Below the pieces are notes generated by a model, which saw only the letters and a program-made list of their open reading frames with translations, ran no database searches and was not told where the DNA came from. Position numbers and translations under genes: made by a program. Positions 48,307 to 57,582 of a stretch of 64,000 nt of DNA are shown one piece after another. Numbering within the stretch: the first letter of the stretch is position 1; each line of letters opens with the position of its first letter. Location of the stretch: NCBI GenBank assembly GCA_009778065.1, contig WRKM01000005.1:26267-90266 (forward strand), in the 5' to 3' direction. Source of the DNA: Oscillospiraceae bacterium. GTDB taxonomy: Bacteria; Bacillota; Clostridia; Oscillospirales; Ruminococcaceae.

Positions 48307-49752
48307 TTGAATCTTAACCAAAATCGTGCGCCTATAAAAGACGCGCTTGAAGAATTTGCTTCGCGGCGCGTGGTACCCTTCGATGTACCGGGGCATAAAC
48401 GCGGCAGAGCCAACAAGGAGCTTACTGACTTCCTCGGTAAGCAGTGCATGAGTATAGACGTTAATTCAATGAAGCCGCTTGATAATATCTGTCATCCCGT
48501 TTCGGTAATAGCTGAGGCGGAAAAGCTTGCGGCGGCGGCTTTTAATGCGAGGAACGCTTTTTTCATGGTAGGCGGAACAACTTCTTCTGTTCAGGCTATG
48601 ATTTTTGCAACGACAAAATGCGGGGATAAACTTATTCTTCCGCGAAATGTCCACAGAAGCGTAATTAACGCACTTGTTCTAAATGGCGCGGTGCCTGTCT
48701 ATGTAAATCCGAAAGTCAACAGAGGCTTAGGCATTTCTCTTGGAATGTCGCTCGAAGATGTCAAAAAGGCAATCGCTGAAAATCCCGATGCTAAAGCGAT
48801 TTTGGTTAATAACCCGACATATTACGGCATCTGTTCAAACTTAAAAGAAATCTGTAGAATAGCCCATGAAAATAACATGCTCGTCCTTGCAGACGAGGCA
48901 CACGGTACACATTTTTATTTCGGTGAGAATTTACCCGTCTGCGCTATGAACGCAGGGGCAGATTTCGCCTCGGTAAGTATGCACAAATCAGGCGGTTCTC
49001 TCACGCAAAGCTCGTTTTTATTGACGGGCGAAAACGTAAGCGAGGGTTATGTCAGGAAGGTGATTAACCTTACACAAACGACTTCCGGAAGCTATCTTTT
49101 AATGAGTAGTCTTGATATTTCACGTAAGAACTTAGCCCTCAACGGAAAAGAAATATTTAAAAAAATAGCCGAACTCGCCGAATATGCGCGTGATGAAATA
49201 AATCAAATAAGCGATTATTATGCCTACTCGAAAGAAATAATAAACGGAGACTCTGTTTTTGATTTTGATATTACGAAGCTTGCGATAAATACGCTTGAAA
49301 CAGGGCTTGCGGGGATTGAGGTTTATGACTTATTGCGTGATGATTATGATATTCAAGTTGAATTCGGAGACATAGGAAACATTTTAGCCTACATTTCGGT
49401 AGGAGACAGAGAACGAGATTTAGAGCGTTTAGTCGGCGCGTTATCGGAAATCCGCCGCCGCTTCAAACGCCCCGGGACAGGTATGCTGACGCAAGAGTAT
49501 ATAGAACCCATTGTTGAAAAAAGCCCTCAAGAGGCGTTTTACGCATCGAAGACCTCATTGCCTCTAAAAGAAACAATAGGAAGAGTGTCATGCGAATTTG
49601 TAATGTGCTACCCGCCGGGGATTCCGGTTTTAGCCCCCGGAGAGAGCATAACCGCAGATATTATCGAATATATAATGTATGCGAAAGAAAAAGGATGTTT
49701 TATGATGGGTCCCGAAGACGAAGCGATAGAGAGAATTAATGTCATACACTGA
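48307..49752 (+). CDS. speA: Orn/Lys/Arg decarboxylase (PLP-dependent), probable arginine decarboxylase
   Basis: FDVPGHK, GGTTSSV, DEAHG, SMHKS, TTSGSY, YPPGIP; TTG start. Confidence 0.88.
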   Translation: MNLNQNRAPIKDALEEFASRRVVPFDVPGHKRGRANKELTDFLGKQCMSIDVNSMKPLDNICHPVSVIAEAEKLAAAAFNARNAFFMVGGTTSSVQAMIFATTKCGDKLILPRNVHRSVINALVLNGAVPVYVNPKVNRGLGISLGMSLEDVKKAIAENPDAKAILVNNPTYYGICSNLKEICRIAHENNMLVLADEAHGTHFYFGENLPVCAMNAGADFASVSMHKSGGSLTQSSFLLTGENVSEGYVRKVINLTQTTSGSYLLMSSLDISRKNLALNGKEIFKKIAELAEYARDEINQISDYYAYSKEIINGDSVFDFDITKLAINTLETGLAGIEVYDLLRDDYDIQVEFGDIGNILAYISVGDRERDLERLVGALSEIRRRFKRPGTGMLTQEYIEPIVEKSPQEAFYASKTSLPLKETIGRVSCEFVMCYPPGIPVLAPGESITADIIEYIMYAKEKGCFMMGPEDEAIERINVIH

Positions 49753-49785
49753 TTCATTTTGCGCATAAAGTATTGAGGAGTAGAT

Positions 49786-50199
49786 ATGTGGATTTTATAT
49801 GCTTTTCTTGCCGCATTTTTTGCCGCGCTTACTTCTATATTAGCCAAAATGGGTATCGAGAACGTCAATTCTAATTTAGCGGTTGCAATCAGAACGGTCG
49901 TTGTGTTAATAATGGCGTGGGGTATGGTTTTCATCACAGGCAAGCAAACCGAGATAGTTAATATCACACAAAAAAGCTGGCTCTTTTTGGTTCTTTCGGG
50001 ATTCGCCACGGGTTTGTCCTGGTTGTTTTTCTTCAAAGCTTTGCAAGAGGGCGAAGCCTCAAAAGTTGTCCCGATTGATAAATTCAGCGTCGTTATAACC
50101 ATGTTCCTTGCGGTAATAATTTTAAACGAGACCCTAACTCCCAAAACAATTATAGGGGGAGTCCTCGTAACAGTCGGTACTCTTTTGTTTGTTTTGTAG
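49786..50199 (+). CDS. EamA/DMT-family small transporter
   Basis: FAALTSILAK, AIRT, ASKVVPIDK; about 5 TMs. Confidence 0.9.
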   Translation: MWILYAFLAAFFAALTSILAKMGIENVNSNLAVAIRTVVVLIMAWGMVFITGKQTEIVNITQKSWLFLVLSGFATGLSWLFFFKALQEGEASKVVPIDKFSVVITMFLAVIILNETLTPKTIIGGVLVTVGTLLFVL

Positions 50200-50216
50200 T
50201 ACATGAGGAGGTCAAT

Positions 50217-51080
50217 ATGGACTTATGGTTCAGCGAATATCACGCAGAAGGCGTGCGGCTTTCAATAAAAGTCGCAAAACAGCTCCACTCAGAGCAGAGT
50301 GACTTTCAACAAATAGACGTGTTTGATTCAGAGGAGTTCGGGCGTTTTTTGACCCTTGACGGGTTTATGATGTTGACTGAGCGAGATGAGTTTATATATC
50401 ACGATATGATAGTCCATGTTCCGTTGGCTGTCAATCCCGAAATCCGAAAGGTGCTTGTAATAGGCGCGGGCGATGGCGGAGCGGTCAGGGAACTGTGCAG
50501 ATATAAGTATATCGAAAAAATTGATTTGGTGGAAATAGACCAACGGGTGGTTGAAATAAGTAAGCAATACCTGCCGTCTACAGCATGTAGCTTCGATGAT
50601 GAGCGTCTAAGCATATACTATCAGGACGGTCTTAAATTCATCAGGAAATGCTATGATTTTTATGATTTAATTATAGTGGATTCGACTGACCCCTTCGGTC
50701 CGGGTGAAGACCTGTTTACAAAAGAGTTTTACGGAAACTGTTTTAAGGCTTTAACCGATTACGGAATCATGGTGAATCAGCATGAAAGCCCGTTTTATAA
50801 AAATGACGCAAACGCTATGCAACGCGCCCATAAAAGAATTACGGAAACATTTCCGATTAGTAAAGTTTATCAGGCGCATATTCCGACATATCCGTCGGGA
50901 CACTGGCTTTTCGGATTCGCTTCTAAAAAATTGCATCCGATTAACGACTTAAATCCTGCCTCGTGGAACAGCCTGGGTTTAGATACAAGGTATTATAACA
51001 CACAGTTGCATTACGGATGTTTTGCACTGCCGACTTATGTGGAGGAGATGTTGCGAAATGTTGAAAATGAAAAAGAATAG
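50217..51080 (+). CDS. speE: Polyamine aminopropyltransferase (spermidine synthase)
   Basis: LVIGAGDGG, VEID, DSTDP.GP. Confidence 0.95.
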   Translation: MDLWFSEYHAEGVRLSIKVAKQLHSEQSDFQQIDVFDSEEFGRFLTLDGFMMLTERDEFIYHDMIVHVPLAVNPEIRKVLVIGAGDGGAVRELCRYKYIEKIDLVEIDQRVVEISKQYLPSTACSFDDERLSIYYQDGLKFIRKCYDFYDLIIVDSTDPFGPGEDLFTKEFYGNCFKALTDYGIMVNQHESPFYKNDANAMQRAHKRITETFPISKVYQAHIPTYPSGHWLFGFASKKLHPINDLNPASWNSLGLDTRYYNTQLHYGCFALPTYVEEMLRNVENEKE

Positions 51081-51915
51081 CGACACCTTTATCGGGTGTA
51101 CCTGTGAGTATGATGAAGCGTCTGTAGTGCTTTTCGGCGCGCCTTATGACGGTACGACCTCAAACCGTCCGGGAGCGCGTTTCGGAGGTGCGGCTATCAG
51201 GCGCGAGTCGCAAGGACTCGAAACTTTCAGCCCGTATCTTGAGCGTGATTTGTCGGAGCTGAAAGTCTTCGACGGCGGGGAATTAGAATTATCTTTCGGT
51301 GCGCCTGTCCCTGTGCTTAAAACTATTTACAACTACACAAAGCAAATTATCAACAGCGTAAAAATCCCCGTCATGCTCGGCGGTGAGCATTTAGTCACCC
51401 TCGGGGCTGTCCGTGCAATTGTTGAAAAATATTCCGATTTGGTTATAATCGACTTTGACGCACATATAGATTTACGCGATGAATACATGGGGCAAAAGCT
51501 CTCGCATGCCTCGGTAATTCGCAGATGTTATGAATTAACGGGAGACGGCAGGATTTTTCAATTCGGTGTTCGTTCAGGCGATAAAGCGGAGTTTGAATGG
51601 GGAAAAGAAAAAGTTTTTACGCAGAGATTCACGTTAGACGGACTTGAGAGCGTGATAAAAAAGATAAACAAGAAGCCTGTATATTTCACGATTGATTTAG
51701 ATGTACTCGATAGCGCGGTGTTACCCGCGACAGGCACTCCGGAAGCGGGCGGAATCAGCTTTAATGAGATTTTGGACGGAATAAAAAAAGTATGCAGGTT
51801 AAATATTGTAGGTTGCGACCTGACCGAGCTTTCACCGCCTTACGACCATACAGGAGCTTCAACGGCGACAGCTTGCAAGGTTCTGCGGGAATTACTTTTA
51901 AGTCTTAATGTGTAA
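51058..51915 (+). CDS. speB: Agmatinase
   Basis: GGEHL, DAHIDLR, DLDVLD, TGTPE.GG; start ATG 51058 after GGAGGAG. Confidence 0.93.
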   Translation: MLKMKKNSDTFIGCTCEYDEASVVLFGAPYDGTTSNRPGARFGGAAIRRESQGLETFSPYLERDLSELKVFDGGELELSFGAPVPVLKTIYNYTKQIINSVKIPVMLGGEHLVTLGAVRAIVEKYSDLVIIDFDAHIDLRDEYMGQKLSHASVIRRCYELTGDGRIFQFGVRSGDKAEFEWGKEKVFTQRFTLDGLESVIKKINKKPVYFTIDLDVLDSAVLPATGTPEAGGISFNEILDGIKKVCRLNIVGCDLTELSPPYDHTGASTATACKVLRELLLSLNV

Positions 51916-51927
51916 AGGTAAAAGAAT

Positions 51928-52722
51928 ATGTCAAAGAAAAGAATTGCAGGCGGAGAGTATTATTTTCTGTTTTCAATGACCGTGCTTTTTCGCGTGGCTT
52001 TTTTCCTTTTATCCGGCGATGTGTTTGACAGGCTTTTTGAGATTGACAGGCAAAACAGCTTTATCGGAATCTTCACCGAGTACGCCGCACAGTACAATGA
52101 AATCATGTACGACCTCGGTATATCGGACTTTTTGTTGTTTGAATTATTGATAGTCATAATTATCGGATTCCATTATAAAGGGAAAGAACGGTTTTTCAAA
52201 ACTCTGTCGATTAGTTGGACATGCTTGTTTACAGTACTTGTTTCGCATCTGCTGATGATTTTTTTATATAAACCGGGAGGACTTAATCTCGGGACAGCCT
52301 ATATAATAGCACTCAGAATTGCAGAGCCGTTAATTATTTATATTATTCCTGCCGGAGTATTTATCGCACTTATTTTTTTCGTAAAGCCGAAGAAGATAAG
52401 CTTGTATATAAAAAACTCACTCCTTAAACCGACAAGCATGATATTCTTATTCTTAAGCTTTGCTTTGGTTGCGATTTATACCGTATCACTTGTAATAATA
52501 AACCGCAGGCTTTCTTACCTGAAAGACGCTGTGTTTCTGAATCCGATTTATTTGGACGAGCTTTACGATTTGGTTGATTTAATTGCGGATATAGAAATCG
52601 CTTATTTCGCATTGAATTCAATTCTTCTGTGCGGGATTATGATGTGCTTTTATAGAGGTGTGAGGATAACCGATAAAACATTAAAACTAAAATACAAATA
52701 TAAAAAGAGAGGTAAAAATAAC
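51928..52722 (+). CDS. Multi-TM hypothetical segment with no stop codon, in frame with downstream dehydrogenase
   Basis: 265 hydrophobic codons continue without a stop into ATG 52723. Confidence 0.6.
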
Positions 52723-53928
52723 ATGAACGGAAGATTATTAATTATCGGCGCGGGCGGCGTTGCGAGTGCGGCTTTTGCAAAATGCTGTCAGAATGACAAG
52801 GTGTTTAAAGAAATCATGCTCGCCAGCCGCACAAAATCTAAGTGTGACGAACTCGTTACCAAATGGGAGAGTACGACAAGCGCGAAACTTTTTACGGAAC
52901 AGGTTGACGCGGATAACACAGCAGAATTAATAACGCTGATAGAGAGATTTAAGCCCGACGTTGTCTTAAACCTTGCACTGCCTTATCAGGACTTGACAAT
53001 TATGGATGCCTGCCTTGCTACAAAGACGCATTATGCAGATACCGCGAATTATGAGCCGCTCGATACCGCAAAGTTCGAGTATAAGTGGCAATGGGCGTAC
53101 AAAGAACGCTACGAAGAAGCGGGTATAACCGCACTCCTCGGAAGCGGATTCGACCCCGGTGTAACAGGCGTTTTCTGTGCCTATGCGATGAAACATTATT
53201 TTGACGAGATTCATTATATAGACATTCTCGATTGTAACGGCGGCGACCACGGTTATCCGTTCGCAACTAATTTTAATCCCGAAATTAATATCCGCGAGGT
53301 CAGCGCGAACGGACGTTACATGGAAAATGGTATATGGATTGAAACAAAACCCATGGAAATAAAGCGTGAGTATGATTTTGAAGAAGTCGGAAAAAAAGAT
53401 ATGTATCTGCTCTATCATGAAGAGCTTGAATCTCTCGCAAAGAACATTAAAGGTTTAAAACGTATTCGCTTTTTTATGACGTTCGGACAGAGCTATCTTA
53501 CTCATTTGAAATGCCTCGAAAATGTAGGTATGACCTCGATTGAGCCGATTAACTATGAAGGTAAAGAGATAGTACCGATTCAATTCTTAAAAGCCGTGCT
53601 ACCCGACCCCGCGTCGCTCGGACCGCGTACAAAGGGAAAAACCAACATCGGCTGTATTATGCAGGGCATAAAAGACGGCAAGCCTTTAAATTATTATGTC
53701 TATAATATCTGCGACCATGAGGAGTGTTATAAAGAAGTAGGGACACAGGCAATTTCGTACACAACGGGCGTTCCGGCTATGATTGGCGCAATGCTCTTAA
53801 TGAATGGCGAGTGGCGCAAACCGGGGGTTTATAACACTGAAGATTTTGACCCTGACCCGTTTATGGACGCGCTTAATAAGTGGGGCTTACCGTGGAAAGA
53901 GAGCTTTGAACCTATTTTAGTGGAGTAA
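52723..53928 (+). CDS. Carboxy(nor)spermidine synthase (saccharopine dehydrogenase family)
   Basis: IIGAGGVA, NLALPYQDL, GSGFDPGVT, NFNPEINIRE; own SD GAGGT 9 nt upstream; next to nspC. Confidence 0.93.
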   Translation: MNGRLLIIGAGGVASAAFAKCCQNDKVFKEIMLASRTKSKCDELVTKWESTTSAKLFTEQVDADNTAELITLIERFKPDVVLNLALPYQDLTIMDACLATKTHYADTANYEPLDTAKFEYKWQWAYKERYEEAGITALLGSGFDPGVTGVFCAYAMKHYFDEIHYIDILDCNGGDHGYPFATNFNPEINIREVSANGRYMENGIWIETKPMEIKREYDFEEVGKKDMYLLYHEELESLAKNIKGLKRIRFFMTFGQSYLTHLKCLENVGMTSIEPINYEGKEIVPIQFLKAVLPDPASLGPRTKGKTNIGCIMQGIKDGKPLNYYVYNICDHEECYKEVGTQAISYTTGVPAMIGAMLLMNGEWRKPGVYNTEDFDPDPFMDALNKWGLPWKESFEPILVE

Positions 53929-53935
53929 TAGAAGA

Positions 53936-55081
53936 ATGAATAAATGGCTTAAAAGCTTAAAAACCCCCTGCTATGTTATTAACGAAGCGGCTTTAATAAA
54001 TAATCTTAAAACCCTCAGCGATTTAGAAATCAGCACAGGTTGCAAGGTTTTACTTGCTCAGAAAGCGTTTTCGGCTTTTGCGTTTTATCCGTTGGTTGCA
54101 AAATACATCAGCGGAACAACGGCAAGCGGAATTTTTGAAGCCCGTCTCGCTCATGAGGAAATGCAGAACAAGGAAAACCATGTCTACTCCCCTGCATATA
54201 AAGAAGACGAACTTAAAGAACTCGTTAAAATCTGCGACCATATTATTTTTAACTCGCCTGAGCAGTGGCAGAAATTTAAAAAGCTTATCCCCGAAAACGT
54301 AAGCGCGGGACTTCGCATTAACCCCGAATTAAGCACACAGGGCGGCGGAATCTATGACCCCTGCGCTCCTTTTTCGAGGCTCGGTTCTACATTGAAAAAT
54401 ATACAGGGCAAAGACCTCGGCGGAATTGAGGGACTGCATTTTCATACGCTGTGTGAACAGGATTCAGACGCCCTCGAAGTAACGCTTGATGAAGTGATTA
54501 AGAAATTCGGGGATTTGTTTCCCATGCTGAAATGGGTGAACCTCGGCGGAGGTCATCATATAACCCGCGAGGGTTATGACATACGGCGGCTTGAAAAGTG
54601 CATAGAGCGTGTTATGAAATACGGGTTGGACGTGTATATTGAGCCGGGGGAGGCTGTAGCGCTTAACGCCGGTTGGCTCGCCGCGAGCGTGCTTGATATT
54701 ATTAATCATGTTGGTGACGACGAGCGGCGTATGATTCTTGCGGTTTTAGACGCTTCAGCGGCATGTCATATGCCCGATGTGCTTGAAATGCCTTATACTC
54801 CTAAGATTATTGGCGCAAAAGAAAAAGGTGAAGGGAAATTTAATTATCGTTTTACGGGCAACACCTGCCTTGCCGGTGATATAATAGGTGATTACAGCTT
54901 TGAATATGAGTTGAAAGAGGGCGATAAGCTTTTGTTTTGCGACATGGCAATATACTCAATGGTTAAAAATAACACCTTCAATGGTATTCCGCTTCCGTCA
55001 ATTGCAGTTTTACGGGAAAACGGCGAACTTGAAACAATAAAGCATTTCGGATATTCTGACTTTAAGAACAGATTATCATAG
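53936..55081 (+). CDS. nspC: Carboxynorspermidine decarboxylase
   Basis: LLAQKAFS, LHFHTLCEQ, GGGHH, EPGEA, HMPDVLEMPY. Confidence 0.95.
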   Translation: MNKWLKSLKTPCYVINEAALINNLKTLSDLEISTGCKVLLAQKAFSAFAFYPLVAKYISGTTASGIFEARLAHEEMQNKENHVYSPAYKEDELKELVKICDHIIFNSPEQWQKFKKLIPENVSAGLRINPELSTQGGGIYDPCAPFSRLGSTLKNIQGKDLGGIEGLHFHTLCEQDSDALEVTLDEVIKKFGDLFPMLKWVNLGGGHHITREGYDIRRLEKCIERVMKYGLDVYIEPGEAVALNAGWLAASVLDIINHVGDDERRMILAVLDASAACHMPDVLEMPYTPKIIGAKEKGEGKFNYRFTGNTCLAGDIIGDYSFEYELKEGDKLLFCDMAIYSMVKNNTFNGIPLPSIAVLRENGELETIKHFGYSDFKNRLS

Positions 55082-55086
55082 AAAAA

Positions 55087-55111
55087 CCGCCCTTACTTTT
55101 TAAAAGGGCGG
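55087..55111. terminator. Hairpin between convergent nspC and XRE genes
   Basis: CCGCCCTT/AAGGGCGG stem; A-run on the left makes it a stronger terminator for the minus strand. Confidence 0.65.
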
Positions 55112-55164
55112 CGAATCTTTATTCACAGCATTGATAGTATATCGCAGGGTGGTAGCACACTTCT

Positions 55165-55575
55165 TTACATTTTTCGCTTATTTTTAGCATCGAAATATAT
55201 TTCTGTTACACAGTTAAATAAAGCTTGTTTGTCTTCCTCCGACAATTTATCTCCGTCGAAAAGCTCGCGCGTTTTGTCTATATAAAACATAGCGTCTAAA
55301 ATTCCGCGACCCTCAGATGTCGCACCGAAGTAAAACCGCTCCTCACTCGTAAGGACAAGACTCTTTGCATCGTCGGTTAGAAAAACTATGTCCGTGTCTA
55401 ATTCTTCGGCGATTTTAAGAAGCACCGACTTTTTGGGTGCGCGGGAGCCGGAGATATAATTAGCGAGTGCACGGTAGGTTATTCCGATTTTATCGGCGAA
55501 CTCGGTTTTTTTCATACCGCCGCGCCGAATAAGGACTTCAAGTTTTTCGCTGAATTTCATAGTTGCACCTCTCAT
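55165..55575 (-). CDS. XRE-family HTH transcriptional regulator
   Basis: EFADKIGITYRALANYISG.R.P HTH; C-terminal LF.G..LSEEDK. Confidence 0.88.
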   Translation of the reverse strand: MRGATMKFSEKLEVLIRRGGMKKTEFADKIGITYRALANYISGSRAPKKSVLLKIAEELDTDIVFLTDDAKSLVLTSEERFYFGATSEGRGILDAMFYIDKTRELFDGDKLSEEDKQALFNCVTEIYFDAKNKRKM

Positions 55576-55590
55576 AGTGTTCGTAATTAT

Positions 55591-55618
55591 ATTATAGCAT
55601 GAACAAAAAAAATGTCAA
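55591..55618 (-). promoter_or_regulatory. sigma70 promoter of XRE gene
   Basis: Minus strand TTGACA, 16 bp, TATAAT. Confidence 0.8.
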
Positions 55619-55697
55619 TACGTATAAGAAAAAATTATAATATACGTATAATATGCAAAAATAACATAATAATATGCAAATAATGTTATATTATTCC

Positions 55698-55725
55698 TTG
55701 ACAAAACCTAAAAATAATGTATAAT
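55698..55725 (+). promoter_or_regulatory. sigma70 promoter of GNAT-GNAT-arg operon
   Basis: TTGACA, 16 bp, TATAAT. Confidence 0.8.
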
Positions 55726-55766
55726 ATTCAGTATGGAGTAAGATTGATTTAGAAAACGGAGGAAAA

Positions 55767-56192
55767 ATGGAACTAAAAACTTTTACGATGTCAGACTATA
55801 ATGAGGTATATGCGTTATGGCGCAGTACAAAAGGTATATGCTCATGCGAGAAGTGCTTATCGCTTGACACGGAAGAAAAGGTGGCGAAATTTCTTGAAAG
55901 AAATCCCGATACTTGTTTTACGGCGGTAAGTGAAGGAGAACTCGTCGGCGCGATTTTAAGCGGACATGATGGCAGAAACGGATTCATTTATCACCTTGCG
56001 GTTGCGGAAAAAGTTCAAAAACAAGGGATAGGTAAAGCGTTGGTAGAAAAAGCGAAAGCCGCATTAAAGCGAGAGGGCATAAATAATATAATGTTATTTG
56101 CTTTAAAAGAAAATAAAGGCGGAAACATCTTTTGGGAGAAAAGCGGATTTGAGGAAATGGATAATGCTTATGCGCGTAAATTAAATGTGTGA
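55767..56192 (+). CDS. GNAT N-acetyltransferase (YpeA-like)
   Basis: FLERNP..CF.A, GHDGRNGFIYHLAV, QKQGIG. Confidence 0.9.
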   Translation: MELKTFTMSDYNEVYALWRSTKGICSCEKCLSLDTEEKVAKFLERNPDTCFTAVSEGELVGAILSGHDGRNGFIYHLAVAEKVQKQGIGKALVEKAKAALKREGINNIMLFALKENKGGNIFWEKSGFEEMDNAYARKLNV

Positions 56193-56218
56193 AAAGCAGA
56201 GGAAGGATACTATGAAGA

Positions 56219-56650
56219 ATGAAATATAAATTTGATAATACTATAACCTTTGAGGATTATACAGCACTGCGCGAGGCTGTAGGTTGGCGCAAAATCAGCA
56301 AGCGGCAGTTTGAACTCGGACTAAAAAACGCGCATTATATCGCAGTCGTTAAAAACGATAATAATAGAGGCATAGGCATAATAAAAGGACTCGGTGACGG
56401 TGGATACTACTGGCTTTTATCGGATTTAATAGTTCATCCCGATTATCAGGGGTTAGGTTTCGGCAGGAAATTAGTCGAAGGATTTTTAAAGCATGTTGAC
56501 GTTTCGGCGGAAAAGGGCGAAAATCTTCATATAACATTGGCTTCATCAAAAGGTAAAGAACCTTTTTATGAAAAATTCGGATTTAAAACTCGCCCCTTTG
56601 CAGAAGGGATTCAAGGCGCGGGAATGAGCATGAATTATGAAAAAATATAG
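56219..56650 (+). CDS. GNAT N-acetyltransferase
   Basis: VHPDYQGLGFG, FYEKFGF. Confidence 0.9.
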   Translation: MKYKFDNTITFEDYTALREAVGWRKISKRQFELGLKNAHYIAVVKNDNNRGIGIIKGLGDGGYYWLLSDLIVHPDYQGLGFGRKLVEGFLKHVDVSAEKGENLHITLASSKGKEPFYEKFGFKTRPFAEGIQGAGMSMNYEKI

Positions 56651-56679
56651 TTATGCGTTGTGTGTATGAAAGGAAAATT

Positions 56680-57582
56680 ATGAAAGTTTTTATCGACGGC
56701 GAATCGGGGACTGTCGGACTGCAAATATATGAGCGGCTCGAAAACAGAAGCGATATTGAGCTTCTTAAAATCGCACCCGAATTAAGCGAAAATGCCGATG
56801 AACGCAAGAAATTTTTAAATGCGGCTGATTTTGTGTTTCTGTGTCTGCCCGACGAAGCGGCAAAGCAATCGGTCAGCTTAATTAACGAAACAGGAAACAC
56901 AAAAACCCGTATAATCGATGCTTCAACTGCCCACAGAACCCATCCCGACTGGACTTACGGGTTTCCCGAACTTTCAAAAGAGCGTGAAGAAGAAATTCGT
57001 ATATCTAAGCGGGTCGCAACACCGGGATGTTATGCGAGCGGATTTGTCGCTTTGGTTTATCCGCTTGTTAAAGCGGGGATAATCAAACCCGATTTTCCTG
57101 TATACTCGTATGGAATTTCCGGTTACAGCGGTGCGGGAAAAGCGTTTATCGAAGAATACAAAAAGGCGGACGAAAGAATCCCGGCTAAGCTTTACGCCTT
57201 AGACCAAAATCATAAGCATCTCCCCGAAATGGAAATGCACGGCGGTCTTACTTTAACTCCGATGTTTAACCCTGTCATAGATAATTTCTACAGCGGAATG
57301 GTCGTAAACGTACCTTTACAGACCTGCGGAAAATTCGGTATAGAAGAAGTTTCAGATGTATATAAAAAGCATTATATCGGTGGTCGGGTGAAATTTAAGG
57401 GTATTAATGCGAATGACGCACCTCTTTTTGCAGTAAATGAGTTAAGCGGCTCTGACGATATGGAGATTTATGTATTCGGAAGCGATGAAAGAATACTGCT
57501 CACCGCGAGATTCGATAATTTGGGTAAAGGTGCGAGCGGTGCGGCGGTACAGTGCTTTGACATTATGAAAGGAAAAGAATAA
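56680..57582 (+). CDS. argC: N-acetyl-gamma-glutamyl-phosphate reductase (short type)
   Basis: FIDGESGTVGL, ATPGCYA, DNLGKGASGAAVQ; start ATG 56680. Confidence 0.93.
   Translation: MKVFIDGESGTVGLQIYERLENRSDIELLKIAPELSENADERKKFLNAADFVFLCLPDEAAKQSVSLINETGNTKTRIIDASTAHRTHPDWTYGFPELSKEREEEIRISKRVATPGCYASGFVALVYPLVKAGIIKPDFPVYSYGISGYSGAGKAFIEEYKKADERIPAKLYALDQNHKHLPEMEMHGGLTLTPMFNPVIDNFYSGMVVNVPLQTCGKFGIEEVSDVYKKHYIGGRVKFKGINANDAPLFAVNELSGSDDMEIYVFGSDERILLTARFDNLGKGASGAAVQCFDIMKGKE

Noticed and set aside
46673-55081. Coexistence of SpeD/SpeE and carboxyspermidine pathways as a novelty
   Set aside because: This combined cluster is common in Clostridia.
56212-56229. 5-codon ORF MKNEI* overlapping the start of the second GNAT
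   Set aside because: Too short to separate from chance or a small ATGAA duplication.
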